Shown: positions 1 through 10,000 of the stretch, one piece after another | How the letters are laid out: each line of letters begins with the position of its first letter | How positions within the stretch are numbered: the stretch's first letter is position 1 | DNA from: an uncultured Acidobacteriota bacterium | GTDB taxonomy: Bacteria; Acidobacteriota; Thermoanaerobaculia; Multivoradales; UBA5704 | NCBI GenBank assembly: GCA_963770895.1 | Contig: CAVYRF010000001.1 | Span: 384,001 to 448,000, forward strand | Reading direction: 5' to 3' | Length of the DNA stretch: 64,000 nucleotides | The notes under the pieces: generated by a model | Told to the model about the DNA's origin: nothing | Seen by the model: the letters and a program-made list of their open reading frames with translations, nothing else | The model's database searches: none | Made by a program: the position numbers and the translations under genes

Positions 1-630
1 GATGAGCACCGGGTTGTTCTTGGTCTTGCGCGACAGGATGCGCACCACGCGGCGGATCTCCGCGTCGCGGCCGATCACCGGGTCGAGCTTGTTGCGCCGC
101 GCTTCGGCGACCAGCTCGGTGCCGTACTTCGACAGCGCCTCGTAGGCGCCTTCGGGGGAGGCGCTGGTGACGCGCTGGTTGCCGCGCACCGCGGTGAGCG
201 CCGCGAGCAGCGCGTCGCGCGTCACGCCGTGGGCGGCGAGCAGGCGTCCGGCCGGCCCGCCCGAGCCCTCTTCGGCGAGCGCCAAAAGCAGGTGCTCGAC
301 CGAGACGTATTCGTCGCGCAGGCGCTTGGCTTCGTCTTCGGCGCGCGCCAGGTCCTGCTGCAGGCGCTGCGTGAGGTAGATCTTGCCGGGCTCGGCGCCC
401 GGCCCCGAAACGCTCGGGCGGCGCTCCAGCTCGCGCGCGGCGGCGTCGCGCAGCGCTTCGGCCGGGACCTCCATGCGCGCCAGCAGGCGCGGCGCCAGGC
501 CGTCCTGCTGATCGAGCAGCGCCAGCAGCAGGTGGTCGCTGTCCACTTGCTGCTGGCCGTGCCGCACGGCGAGACCCTGCGCGGCGTTGAGCGCTTCCTG
601 CGATTTTTGCGTCAAGCGATTGATATCCAT
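1..630 (-). CDS. clpB: ATP-dependent chaperone ClpB, N-terminal part (runs off the left edge)
   Basis: Not in the ORF track. Manual translation from ATG 630 gives [14 protein letters not shown]...[13 protein letters not shown]...[29 protein letters not shown]: Clp-N repeats and the start of AAA-1. Confidence 0.95.
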   Translation of the reverse strand, partial: MDINRLTQKSQEALNAAQGLAVRHGQQQVDSDHLLLALLDQQDGLAPRLLARMEVPAEALRDAAARELERRPSVSGPGAEPGKIYLTQRLQQDLARAEDEAKRLRDEYVSVEHLLLALAEEGSGGPAGRLLAAHGVTRDALLAALTAVRGNQRVTSASPEGAYEALSKYGTELVAEARRNKLDPVIGRDAEIRRVVRILSRKTKNNPVLI

Positions 631-762
631 GGTGTTGACCAGACCTCCATCCGTCCTGGGAAGCCCGCCGCGCGTCCCCTCGTCGAAAGGGGGGGCGCCG
701 GGCCGATGATCGAACGTCGCGCTGCCGGCCCGCGGTGTCGCGCGGGGCCGCTACGCGGGCCG

Positions 763-1770
763 CTATTCGCCGCGGGCGCGGAAGGGCGACGCTTCGCGCA
801 GCTGCTCGAACAGCTCGCGCTCGCGCTCGCTCAAGCTGTCGGGGACCATCACCTTGATCTCCGCGTACAGGTCGCCGCGCTCCTTCTGGCCGGCGCCGTG
901 GTGGGGCAGCCCGCGGCCGCGCAGGCGGATGCGGCGCCCCGACGAGGAGCCGGCCGGCACCTTGACGCGCACCGCGCCCTCCGGCGTTTCGACCTGCGCT
1001 TCGGCCCCCAGCGCCGCCTCCCAGGCGGCGACCGGCAGCGGGGTGTACAGGTCGCTGCCCTCGACGCGGAACCGCGTGTCGGGGGCGACGTCGAGCCGTA
1101 GGTAGAGGTCGCCGGGGGCGCCGCCGTCGCCGCCGCTCATGCCGCGGCCGGCCAGGCGGATGCGCTGCCCCGACCGCACCCCCGGAGGGATCTTGACCGA
1201 CAGGCTGCGGCGCTGACCGGTCGAGGGATCGGCGTAGCTCAGCTCGTGCGAGCCGCCGCGGATCGCCTCTTCGAGCGTCAGCGACAGCGCCGCTTCGGCG
1301 TCGGCGCCGCCGCGCTGGCCGCCAAAGTCGCCGCGTCCGCCGCCGCCCATGCCGCCGACACCGCCGCCGAAAGGTGAGCGCCGGCCGCCGCGCGCGCCGG
1401 CCGCGCCGAAGAGCATCTCGAAGAACGAGCTGAACCCCTCGCCGCCGGCGCCGCCGCCCATGTCCTGGAAATCAAACCCGCCGCCGCCCATGTTGCCGAA
1501 GTCGAAGCCCTGCCAGCCCGGCGGCGGACCGCCACCGGTCTGCTGGGCCTGCTTCCAGGCGGCGCCGTACTGGTCGTACTTCTGCCGCTTGTCGGGGTCC
1601 TTGAGCACCTCGTAGGCCTCGCCGACCTCCTTGAACTTGCGCTCGGCGTCCGGCCCCTTGTTGACGTCCGGGTGGAACTTGCGGGCGAGCTTGCGGTACG
1701 CCTTCTGGATCTCGTCCTGCGAGGCGTCCTTCTTGACCTTGAGGGTCTCGTAGTAATCCTTGTAATCCAA
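763..1770 (-). CDS. DnaJ-class co-chaperone (CbpA/DnaJ type II, no Zn finger)
   Basis: J-domain with HPD (KFHPDVN), G/F-rich linker, DnaJ C-terminal domain (VKIPPG..GDLYL); TTG start after a GGGAGA RBS. Confidence 0.93.
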   Translation of the reverse strand: MDYKDYYETLKVKKDASQDEIQKAYRKLARKFHPDVNKGPDAERKFKEVGEAYEVLKDPDKRQKYDQYGAAWKQAQQTGGGPPPGWQGFDFGNMGGGGFDFQDMGGGAGGEGFSSFFEMLFGAAGARGGRRSPFGGGVGGMGGGGRGDFGGQRGGADAEAALSLTLEEAIRGGSHELSYADPSTGQRRSLSVKIPPGVRSGQRIRLAGRGMSGGDGGAPGDLYLRLDVAPDTRFRVEGSDLYTPLPVAAWEAALGAEAQVETPEGAVRVKVPAGSSSGRRIRLRGRGLPHHGAGQKERGDLYAEIKVMVPDSLSERERELFEQLREASPFRARGE

Positions 1771-1814
1771 AGGGTTCTCTCCCTCGCCTCACTCTACGGC
1801 CGAACAAACCGAAG

Positions 1815-1840
1815 TTTGAGTGATCGGCACTCACATTGTA
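1815..1840 (-). promoter_or_regulatory. HAIR-like (HspR) operator adjoining a TACAAT -10 element
   Basis: TTTGAGT-gatcggc-ACTCACA at 1815-1835 versus HAIR consensus CTTGAGT-N7-ACTCAAG; minus-strand TACAAT at 1835-1840; lies upstream of dnaJ-clpB. Confidence 0.7.
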
Positions 1841-2030
1841 GAACGGCCGCCGGCGCTTTTCCATTCCCGTCGCCCGCGACCCGCGCCGGGACCGGCGTCC
1901 GGCCGGCCGCGGGAGGGAGCGCGCGGCGGGTGCGAGCGGCCGCGGAGCGCTGCCCGCGGCGTGTCCGGTCGGCTGTCGGGCGCCGCGGGAGGCGTGAGCG
2001 TGCAGCTGCTGGGTGCCGCGGGGGGCTCGC

Positions 2031-2744
2031 TCACGCGGCGTCGCCCGGCTCGGGGTGGCTGGCCGGCGGCGGTTCAGCCGCCGGAGAGGTGGCCAGGAGG
2101 CCTTGCGGGTGGGCCAGGCGGGCGCCCAGCGGGGCGCCGGCGTCGGGGGTCAGGGTCAGCTCCAGGATGCCGCAGTTGTCCGGCACCGAGGCGCCCTCCC
2201 AGCCGCCGGCGGCTTCGGCCCACAGCGACAGCATGACGGCGCCGTGGGTCACCACCAGCAGCTGGCGGTCGTCGTGGAGCCGCGCCAGGGCAGCCAGCGC
2301 CGCTACGGTCCGCAGGCGCACGTCTTCCAGGCTCTCGCCGCCCGGCGGGCGCCACAGCCAGCGGCGCGCCGGGTCGTAGGCGGGGTCCTGGCGCGTCAGC
2401 AGCGCCAGGGCCTGGTACGGTTCGCCTTTCAGGCAGCCCAGGTCGCGCTCGTGCAGGCCGGCTGCGGTGGCCAGGGGGAGGCCCAGCCGGGCGGCGATGA
2501 TCGCACCGGTTTCACCGGCGCGCCGGAACGTGCTGGTCAGGATCTGCCGCGGCCGGAAGCGCGCCGCGACCTGGTGCGCCAGCTCCTGCGCCTGGCGCCG
2601 CCCGGCCTCGGTCAGCGGCACCTCGTCCGACGCCGAGAAGCGGCGGTCGCGATTGGCTTCGCTTTCGCCGTGCCGGACCAGGACCAGGTGGCGCGGCAGG
2701 GTGGCGGCATCCGCCCGCGGCGAGCCGGAACCGCGCCCCGTCAC
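2031..2744 (-). CDS. Histidine phosphatase family protein (start uncertain)
   Basis: LVLVRHGES, LTEAGRRQA, ERDLG, PGGES and VVTHG motifs. Confidence 0.88.
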   Translation of the reverse strand: MTGRGSGSPRADAATLPRHLVLVRHGESEANRDRRFSASDEVPLTEAGRRQAQELAHQVAARFRPRQILTSTFRRAGETGAIIAARLGLPLATAAGLHERDLGCLKGEPYQALALLTRQDPAYDPARRWLWRPPGGESLEDVRLRTVAALAALARLHDDRQLLVVTHGAVMLSLWAEAAGGWEGASVPDNCGILELTLTPDAGAPLGARLAHPQGLLATSPAAEPPPASHPEPGDAA

Positions 2745-2835
2745 GGACGCGGCCCGCCGTCTTGTGGCACGCGCGCAATGGAAGCGATGGACGCCACCGG
2801 CTGCAGGGAGCGACGGCGGCGGCCGGCGGCGAAGC

Positions 2836-3090
2836 CTACGGAGGGGTGAAGCCGAAGTGCTCGTAGTTCTTGGCGATGAAGGCCTTCCACTTGTCGGGCA
2901 CCTCTTCGCCGGGATAGATGGCCTGGACCGGGCACGCATCGACGCACAGCCCGCAGTCGATGCACTCTTCGGGGTGGATGTAGAGCATCTCCGTGTCGTC
3001 GCTCTTGCCGTAAATGCAGTCGACCGGACAGACGTCGACGCAGGCCGTATCCTTCACGCCGATGCAAGGTTCGGTGATGATGTGAGTCAT
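2836..3090 (-). CDS. Ferredoxin, FdxA-like dicluster type
   Basis: MTHIITEPCIGVKDTACVDVCPVDCI...CIDCGLCVDACP; AGGAGAGG RBS; minus-strand TATAAT at 3135-3140. Confidence 0.95.
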   Translation of the reverse strand: MTHIITEPCIGVKDTACVDVCPVDCIYGKSDDTEMLYIHPEECIDCGLCVDACPVQAIYPGEEVPDKWKAFIAKNYEHFGFTPP

Positions 3091-3144
3091 TTGCCTGAGA
3101 CCTCTCCTTCCGTGTCGCGCATTGCAGCGCAACCATTATAGCCG

Positions 3145-4443
3145 TCAAATCAGTTCGCCGCCGGCAAACCGCGCCGGCGAAAACGCCGCGGCCGGGTCCA
3201 CGGCGTCGGTGGTGCCGGCCGCCGCGGCCGCGCTGGCAGCGGCATCGGCGCCGGCGCCAACGTTCCTACCCACGGAGACCGCAGCAGCCGTTGCTTCACT
3301 GCCGGCCGCGCCAGCACCCGCGCCAACGGTCCTGCCCTCGGCATTCCTGGTCGCCGTTGCCTCCCCGTCGGCCGCGGTGCCGGACTCGCCGATCGCGAGC
3401 CGGGCGACCAGCCGCGCCGTCCAGGGCGCCAGCAGGATACCGCTGCGGAAGTGCCCCGTGGCGGCGATCGCCGGCCATCCCGGCAGCCAGCCGACGATCG
3501 GGAGGTCGTCCGGGGTGCCGGGCCGCAAGCCGGCCCAGACGGCCTCCAGGCGCGCGTCGGCCAGCGCCGGATAGGTTTGGGTGGCGCGCGCCAGGAGACC
3601 GGCGACCCCGGCCACGGTCGGGTGCGGCGTAAAGCCCGCTTCCTCGACCGTCGCGCCGACCAGGACGTCGTGGGCGCCGCGCCGCACGAAGTAGACCCGG
3701 TGCCGCCGCACCGCGCCGCTCCACGGCCAGGCGACGCCGCCCAGCCTCGCCATCTGGCCGCGCACCGGCCGCACCGGCAGCGGCGGCAGGCCCGGCACGC
3801 TGCCGCTCCACGCTCCGGCCGCCACCACCAGCAGGCCCGCCTGCACGCTGCCGGCGGAGGTTTCCAGCCGCACCGCCGGCGCCGCGCCCGCCACGCGCCT
3901 GACATCCAAGGTGCGCACCGCGTGCCGCACCGCGACGCCGCGCCGCGCCAGGGCGGCGGCCAGCGCCTGGCAGACCGCCACGTTGTCCACCCGGTGCTCG
4001 CCCGCCAGGTGCACCGCCCGCCGCACCTGCGGCGCCAGGCCCGGCGTCCGGCGGGGGAGGTCGGCCAGCTCGACCGGGGCCGCCGTTTCACCCAACCGGC
4101 GGGCGGCGTCCAGGGTGGCATCCAGCGCCGCGTCGTCTTCGTCGTCGAGCGCCAGCTGCAGCGAGCCGCTGCGGTCGTAGCCCACGTCCATACCCGTTTC
4201 GGCGGCCAGCGCCGGCGCCCACTCCTGCCAGAGGTCGCGCCCTTCGCGCGAGGCGGCGATGAGCGGCGGCGGCGCACCGGTCTCGAACAGCGGCCCCAGG
4301 ATGCCGCCGGCCGCGAACGACGCGGCGGCGCGTCCGTCCTGGCTGTCCAGAACCTCCACCCGCAGGCCGTCCGCGGCCAGCGCGCGCGCCACCGCCAGGC
4401 CGATGATGCCGGCCCCCAAAACCAGCGCGTCGGGGTGAGTCAT
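3145..4443 (-). CDS. Glycine oxidase ThiO-like FAD-dependent oxidoreductase (DAO family)
   Basis: GAGIIG Rossmann motif, ASFAAGGIL, PVRGQM, WAGLRPGTPD, TGHFRSGILLAP. Confidence 0.85.
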   Translation of the reverse strand: MTHPDALVLGAGIIGLAVARALAADGLRVEVLDSQDGRAAASFAAGGILGPLFETGAPPPLIAASREGRDLWQEWAPALAAETGMDVGYDRSGSLQLALDDEDDAALDATLDAARRLGETAAPVELADLPRRTPGLAPQVRRAVHLAGEHRVDNVAVCQALAAALARRGVAVRHAVRTLDVRRVAGAAPAVRLETSAGSVQAGLLVVAAGAWSGSVPGLPPLPVRPVRGQMARLGGVAWPWSGAVRRHRVYFVRRGAHDVLVGATVEEAGFTPHPTVAGVAGLLARATQTYPALADARLEAVWAGLRPGTPDDLPIVGWLPGWPAIAATGHFRSGILLAPWTARLVARLAIGESGTAADGEATATRNAEGRTVGAGAGAAGSEATAAAVSVGRNVGAGADAAASAAAAAGTTDAVDPAAAFSPARFAGGELI

Positions 4444-4456
4444 GAGGCCCACGCTG

Positions 4457-5836
4457 TCAGGCGCGTCCAGCGGCGCCGGCCCTGGCGGCTCCGGCGGCTT
4501 CGGCGGCGAAGGCGTGGTCGAAAGCGGCGACGGTGGCGGTGATCTCGGCATCGCCGTGGGCGGTGGAGACAAAGAGCGTCTCGTAGGCCGAGGGGGGGAG
4601 GTGGACTCCCTGGCGCAGCAGGTGGTGGAAGACGCGCGCGAAACGCTGGCGGTCGCTGCCGTCCACGTCCTCCAGCCGCTGCACCGGTTGGGAGGTGAAG
4701 AAAAGTCCGAGCATCGACCCCTGACGGGTCACCTGGCAGGGGATGCCGTGGCGGCGCGCCGCGTCCGCGATGCCGCCGGCGAGCGCGGCGCCGGTGGCTT
4801 CCAGCTGGCGATACGCCGCGCCGCCGCCGGCCGCCAGCTGGTCGAGCGCGGCGCTCCCCGCCGCCACCGCCAGCGGGTTGCCTGCCAGCGTGCCCGCCTG
4901 GTAGACCGGGCCCGCGGGAGCGATCCGCTGCATCAGGTCGCGGCGGCCGCCGTACGCCGCGAGCGGCAGACCGCCGCCGATCACCTTGCCCAAGGTCGTC
5001 AGGTCGGGCGTGATGCCGGCCAGCGTCTGGGCGCCGCCCCACGCGACGCGGAAGCCGGTCATCACCTCGTCAAAGATGAGCAGCGCTCCGTAGCGGTCGC
5101 AAAGCCGCCGCAGCCCGGCGAGAAACCCCGCGGCCGGCGGCACCAGCCCCATGTTGCCGGCGATCGGCTCGACGATCACCGCCGCGATGCCGTCGCCGGC
5201 TGCGCCCTCACCGCCGATGGCGCGGGCGGCGTGGCCTTCCACGGCGGTACCAGGAACCGCTTCTTTGCCGGCGGCGAACAGCGCTTCGACGGCTGCCAGG
5301 TCGTTGTAGGGGGCGACCAGGGTGTCGGCGGTGACCGCTGCCGGCACGCCGGGAGAGGACGGCACGCCGATCGTCGCCGCGCCCGAGCCGGCGGCGACCA
5401 GAAAGGGGTCGGCATGGCCATGGTAGCAGCCGGCAAACTTGACGACGCGGCGGCGGCCGGTGGCGGCGCGCGCCAGGCGCAGCGCCGACATGGTGGCTTC
5501 GGTGCCGGAGCACACCAGGCGCACCATCGGAACCGCCGGCAGCGCAGCGGCGATGCGCTCGGCCAGCTCCACCTCGGCCATGGTGGGGGCGCCGAAGGCG
5601 GTGCCGCGCCCCAGCGCCTGCTCGATCGCCGCGACCACCGCCGGGTGGCGATGGCCCAGGATCTGCGGCCCGTAGGCGCCGATGTAGTCGATGTAGCGCC
5701 GCCCGTCGGCCCCTTCCAGCCAGGCGCCCTGCGCGGCGCGCACGAACACCGGTTCGCCGCCGACGCCGCGAAACGCCCGCACCGGCGAGCTGACGCCGCC
5801 CGGCAGCACCCGTTCGGCGCGCTCCAGCAGGCTCAC
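4457..5836 (-). CDS. hemL: Glutamate-1-semialdehyde 2,1-aminomutase
   Basis: [45 protein letters not shown]; GTG start overlaps the hemB stop (GTGA). Confidence 0.96.
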   Translation of the reverse strand: MSLLERAERVLPGGVSSPVRAFRGVGGEPVFVRAAQGAWLEGADGRRYIDYIGAYGPQILGHRHPAVVAAIEQALGRGTAFGAPTMAEVELAERIAAALPAVPMVRLVCSGTEATMSALRLARAATGRRRVVKFAGCYHGHADPFLVAAGSGAATIGVPSSPGVPAAVTADTLVAPYNDLAAVEALFAAGKEAVPGTAVEGHAARAIGGEGAAGDGIAAVIVEPIAGNMGLVPPAAGFLAGLRRLCDRYGALLIFDEVMTGFRVAWGGAQTLAGITPDLTTLGKVIGGGLPLAAYGGRRDLMQRIAPAGPVYQAGTLAGNPLAVAAGSAALDQLAAGGGAAYRQLEATGAALAGGIADAARRHGIPCQVTRQGSMLGLFFTSQPVQRLEDVDGSDRQRFARVFHHLLRQGVHLPPSAYETLFVSTAHGDAEITATVAAFDHAFAAEAAGAARAGAAGRA

Positions 5837-6903
5837 TCGCTCCACCCGGCGGCCAGCAGGCGCGCCGCTTCGACGGCGCCGTAGGTGACGATGAGGTCGG
5901 CGCCGGCGCGGCGGATGGCGATCAGCGATTCCATCAGCACGCGGTCGTAGTCCAGCCAGCCGCGCTCCGCCGCCGCCTTGAGCATCGCGTATTCGCCGCT
6001 CACGTGGTACGCGGCCAGCGGCAGGTCGCACCGCTGGCGCAGCGCCGCCAGCACGTCCAGGTAGGGCAGCGCCGGCTTGACCATCAGCATGTCGGCGCCC
6101 TCTTCGACGTCGAGCGCCGCTTCGCGCATCGCCTCCCGCCCGTTGGCCGGGTCCATCTGGTAGGTCCGCCGGTCCCCGAACGACGGCGTCGAATCGGCCG
6201 CCTCGCGGAAGGGGCCGTAAAAGCCGCTGGCGAACTTGACGGCGTAGGAGAGGATCGGCGTCGCCTCGTGCCCGGCCGCGTCCAGCGCCGTGCGCACCGC
6301 CTGCACCCGGCCGTCCATCATGTCCGACGGAGCGATGATGTCGGCCCCGGCCGCCGCCAGCGACACCGCCTGGCGCCCCAGGTTGACCAGCGTCGCGTCG
6401 TTGTCGATCTCGAAATCCATCGCCGCCGCGGCAGCAGCGCTGGCGGCGGCCGGCGCCGCCGCACCCGACGCGCCCCCCGGAAGGTGGTTGGCGCTCCGCG
6501 GCTTGAGCACGCCGCAGTGGCCGTGGTCGGTGTACTCGCAAAAGCACAGGTCGACGATCTTCACCAGGTCGGGCACCTCGTGCCCGAGCGCCGCGAGCGC
6601 CCGCTGCACGATGCCGTCGTCCGCCCACGACGCGCTGCCGTCGGCGTCCTTTCGTTCGGGCAGACCGAACAGCATCACCCCGCGCACCCCTGCCTGCCGC
6701 GCCGCGGCCGCCGCCACCACCACCTGGTCGACCGAATGCCGGAACACCCCCGGCATCGACCCCACCGCGTCCGCCACCCCCTCGCCCGGACAGACGAACA
6801 GCGGCAGCACCATCTGCGCCGCCGCCAATCGCGTCTCCCGCACCATGCCGCGCAGCGCCGCGTTGGCCCGCAGCCGCCGCATCCTGATCGCCGGAAATCC
6901 CAT
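5833..6903 (-). CDS. hemB: Porphobilinogen synthase (Zn-type)
   Basis: [20 protein letters not shown] Zn site, [35 protein letters not shown]. Confidence 0.97.
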   Translation of the reverse strand: MGFPAIRMRRLRANAALRGMVRETRLAAAQMVLPLFVCPGEGVADAVGSMPGVFRHSVDQVVVAAAAARQAGVRGVMLFGLPERKDADGSASWADDGIVQRALAALGHEVPDLVKIVDLCFCEYTDHGHCGVLKPRSANHLPGGASGAAAPAAASAAAAAAMDFEIDNDATLVNLGRQAVSLAAAGADIIAPSDMMDGRVQAVRTALDAAGHEATPILSYAVKFASGFYGPFREAADSTPSFGDRRTYQMDPANGREAMREAALDVEEGADMLMVKPALPYLDVLAALRQRCDLPLAAYHVSGEYAMLKAAAERGWLDYDRVLMESLIAIRRAGADLIVTYGAVEAARLLAAGWSE

Positions 6904-6909
6904 CCCGCG

Positions 6910-6938
6910 GTTCTATCGCGCCGGCCGCCAAAAGGCAA
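6910..6938 (-). promoter_or_regulatory. Possible sigma70 promoter giving a leaderless hemB mRNA
   Basis: TTGCCT-N17-TAGAAC, 6 nt before the ATG, with no SD; the -10 lacks the conserved final T. Confidence 0.35.
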
Positions 6939-7084
6939 ACGCGCGAGCGCAGGCGCCGGGCTGCCGACCTCAAGCTGGGTGAGCGGCCACACCCGGCGTC
7001 GCCGGCGACGGTGCGCCGCCGCCGCCGCCCTCGGTCACCATGGGAAGGCAGCTCGTCCTTGACGTCGGTTGCCACGAAAGTGCT

Positions 7085-10000
7085 TCATTCGAAGTAACCG
7101 CTGGCGTCGAGAAGCAGATGCACACTGGCAACGGAAGTCTGCCCGAAGAGCACCGTCACCGCCCCCGCGGGTCCCAGGGCGCAGATCGCATTGTTGGCGC
7201 GGATCTGGCCGGGCGCGAAGTTCATGGTTGAAGTACTGACGACGTCGCCAGCGGGGTAGACGCTCAGGTAGCCGGGCGCGGTGGCGCCGACAATCGTGAT
7301 GTTAAGGGCTACTGCCTTGGCGCTTGCCGGGATGCCGCACTGGCCGGCGAGCGTGAACGAACGCGCTTCGCCTCCCTGAAGGGCCGGCCCGCCGTAGGCG
7401 CCCGCGGTGCCGCGCGTGTCCACGATTCGGCACGGTTCGAGCGTGTGGAACGACGTATTGCAGCGGCCGCCCACGGTGATGACCGCGCTGCCGGACGCCG
7501 TGCCCTGGCAGAAGGCATCTGACACGGTGGCGATCGAGTATGACGTTGCCGTGCCAGGCATCACCGCCCGATCGTCCGGACTGGCGCCGATTCCAGTCTG
7601 CACGTTGCCATCGGACCAGGTGACTCGCCACGGTGCCTCACCGGTGAGAGCGGCCTGGATGCTCGCCTGCCCGCTCGGGCAGATCTGCTGCGAGCCGCTG
7701 ACGAGCGCGGTGGGCAAGCTTCTGACCAGCACCTTGGTGGTGGCCGGCTGCGAGCTGCAACCGCCCACCGTGGTCGTGACCCTGTAGGTCCCTGACGCGC
7801 CTGGCTGTGCCCCGGTCAGCAGCGGATTCTGACTGCTCGACGAGAAGCCGCCGGGCCCCTGCCACGAGTAGGAGGTGGCGCCCGCCACCGCACCGGCCGT
7901 CAGCTGAACGTCCTGGCCGGCACATGCCGGCCCGTTGTTGCCGGCCGTGGGCGGCGCCGTTGTGTTGACCGTGATGACTGCGGCGCCTGATGCGGTGCCC
8001 GTGCAGTAGCTGTCGGAAACGCTGGTAACGGTGTAGGTCGTGGTCGACGCGGGCTGCACGACCCGGCTTGCCGGGCTGGCGGCGGTCGCCGGCTCGCTGA
8101 CACCATCAGACCAGTTGACAGCCCAGGGTGCGGCACCCGTCAAGGCCGCCTGGACGGTACTCGACGCCCCGGCGCAGATTTGGGCGCTACCGCTCACCGC
8201 GGCTGTCGGCAGCGATCGGACGACAACATTGGTTGTCGTCGCCTGGGAGACGCAGCCGTTGACGGTGGCGGTGACGCTGTAAGCGCCTGATGCCGTGGCC
8301 GGCGCGGCGGCCAGCAAGGGATTTTGCGCCGAGGATGTATAGCCCCCTGGACCGGTCCACTGATAGGTCGCGTTGGCGATGTCTGCCGCGCTGAGCTGCA
8401 CATTCTGGCCGGCGCATGCCGGGCCGCTGTTCGCAGGCGCCGGCCCGGCGGGGGCGCTGACCACCACGGTCGCAGTGGCCGCGAGGCTGCAACTCCCTGC
8501 CTGCAGCGTCACTGTATAGACGCCCGAGGCGGCGGTCGTGGCCTGCGGCAGCGTCGGGTTTTGCAGGTTCGAACTGAAGCCGTTGGGGCCGCTCCATGAG
8601 TAGGTTGCTCCCGCGAGCCCCGTGGCGCTGAGTTGCAGGCTCTGCCCGGGGCAAAGCGGCGCATTGCTGGACACCGTGGGGGGCTCGACGAACTCGCACA
8701 GGAAGCCGAAGGCCCCGCTCAGCGTGGCGGCGCCGGCGCCGCCCGGATTGTTCACCGTCACATCCACCTGACCGGTGCCGTTCGGCGGCGTGATCGCGAA
8801 CAGACGACTGCTGCTCACAAAGATCACGCGCGCCGCCGGTGCGCCGCCAAAGGTGACCGTCGCACCCGCCTTGAATCCGCTGCCCAGGAGCATCACCTGG
8901 TCGCCGCCGCGGCTATCGCCGATGCCTGGAGCCACCGCCGTGATGCTCACGCCGCGCACGTCGTCGCTCGCGTTGGTGGGGTCCCGTCCGTTGTCAACCT
9001 CCGAACCGTCGCTCTCGCCGCCACCGTCCGAGTCGGCGACATGGGGGTCCGTGCCGTGGCGATATTCCTCGACATTGCTCAACCCGTCACCGTCAGGGTC
9101 CATATAGGCATCGCCGGCGTCATTGGGATTCAAGCCGTGCGCCGTCTCCCAGGCGTCCGGCATGCCGTCGCCATCGCTGTCCGTGACCTTCTGCACGCTG
9201 CCGCCATAGACCGCTTGGGACGCTGCGCCGTTGCTCACCAGGGCATAGACGTGATAGGTGCCGTCCGCCAGCGCGCTCATGTCCCAGGTATAGCTGGTCG
9301 GTCCGTTCACTCCGCCAAGTCCGGCGACGATCGGCACCCCATTGAAACCATTTCCCAGCTGGTCGTAGAAGAGATCGATCGTCGTGGCGCCATTGCCGTC
9401 GGCCAGGCTCCAGGCGAGGATGAAGCTGCTCGCCGAAGTGGCCGTGATGGTGACCGGACTGATCCAGGTGAAGCCCGGGCTGGCATCGCTCTCGAAAACC
9501 AGCCAGCTCCAGTAAGGGCCGGTCGTCACCACCGTCGGTGAAAACCTGCCGGCAAGCTGCGGGCCGGCGGCAGTCTCCATCGTGACCCGCAGGTTCTGGA
9601 GCGAATAGGGCCCTGGTCTCCCGCCGTGATAGAGCTGCTGGCCGCTGAACACCAGGGTCAGCGGCTGCGGGCCGCTCCCGGTTGGATCGATCGCCGTTTC
9701 CGCCGAAGCGACGACGGTGCCATCCGGCGCGGCGAGATCGCCGAAGGCGACATAGTGGCCGGCCCCCGGCACGTCGACGGTGAAAGACCAGTTCACGGAG
9801 TCGAAAAGCCCGTTGCCGTTGACGTCGGGAGCGCTTTCCGTGAAGCCGCCGTCGAGGACGACCTGCGGCGTGCCGACCGCGATGGTGCCGCTCTGGTAGC
9901 GCTGATACTGCCCCAGGTCCGACGATCCCGCCGCCGTGACGGCCAGGACGAATGCGCCGGGGGCGCCCAACGTCGTACTGCCGCCATACACGCCGTCGCC

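Noticed and set aside
4457-7075. 872-aa ORF suggesting a HemL fusion
   Set aside because: The N-terminal extension is an alternate frame over hemB; HemL homology begins at GTG 5836
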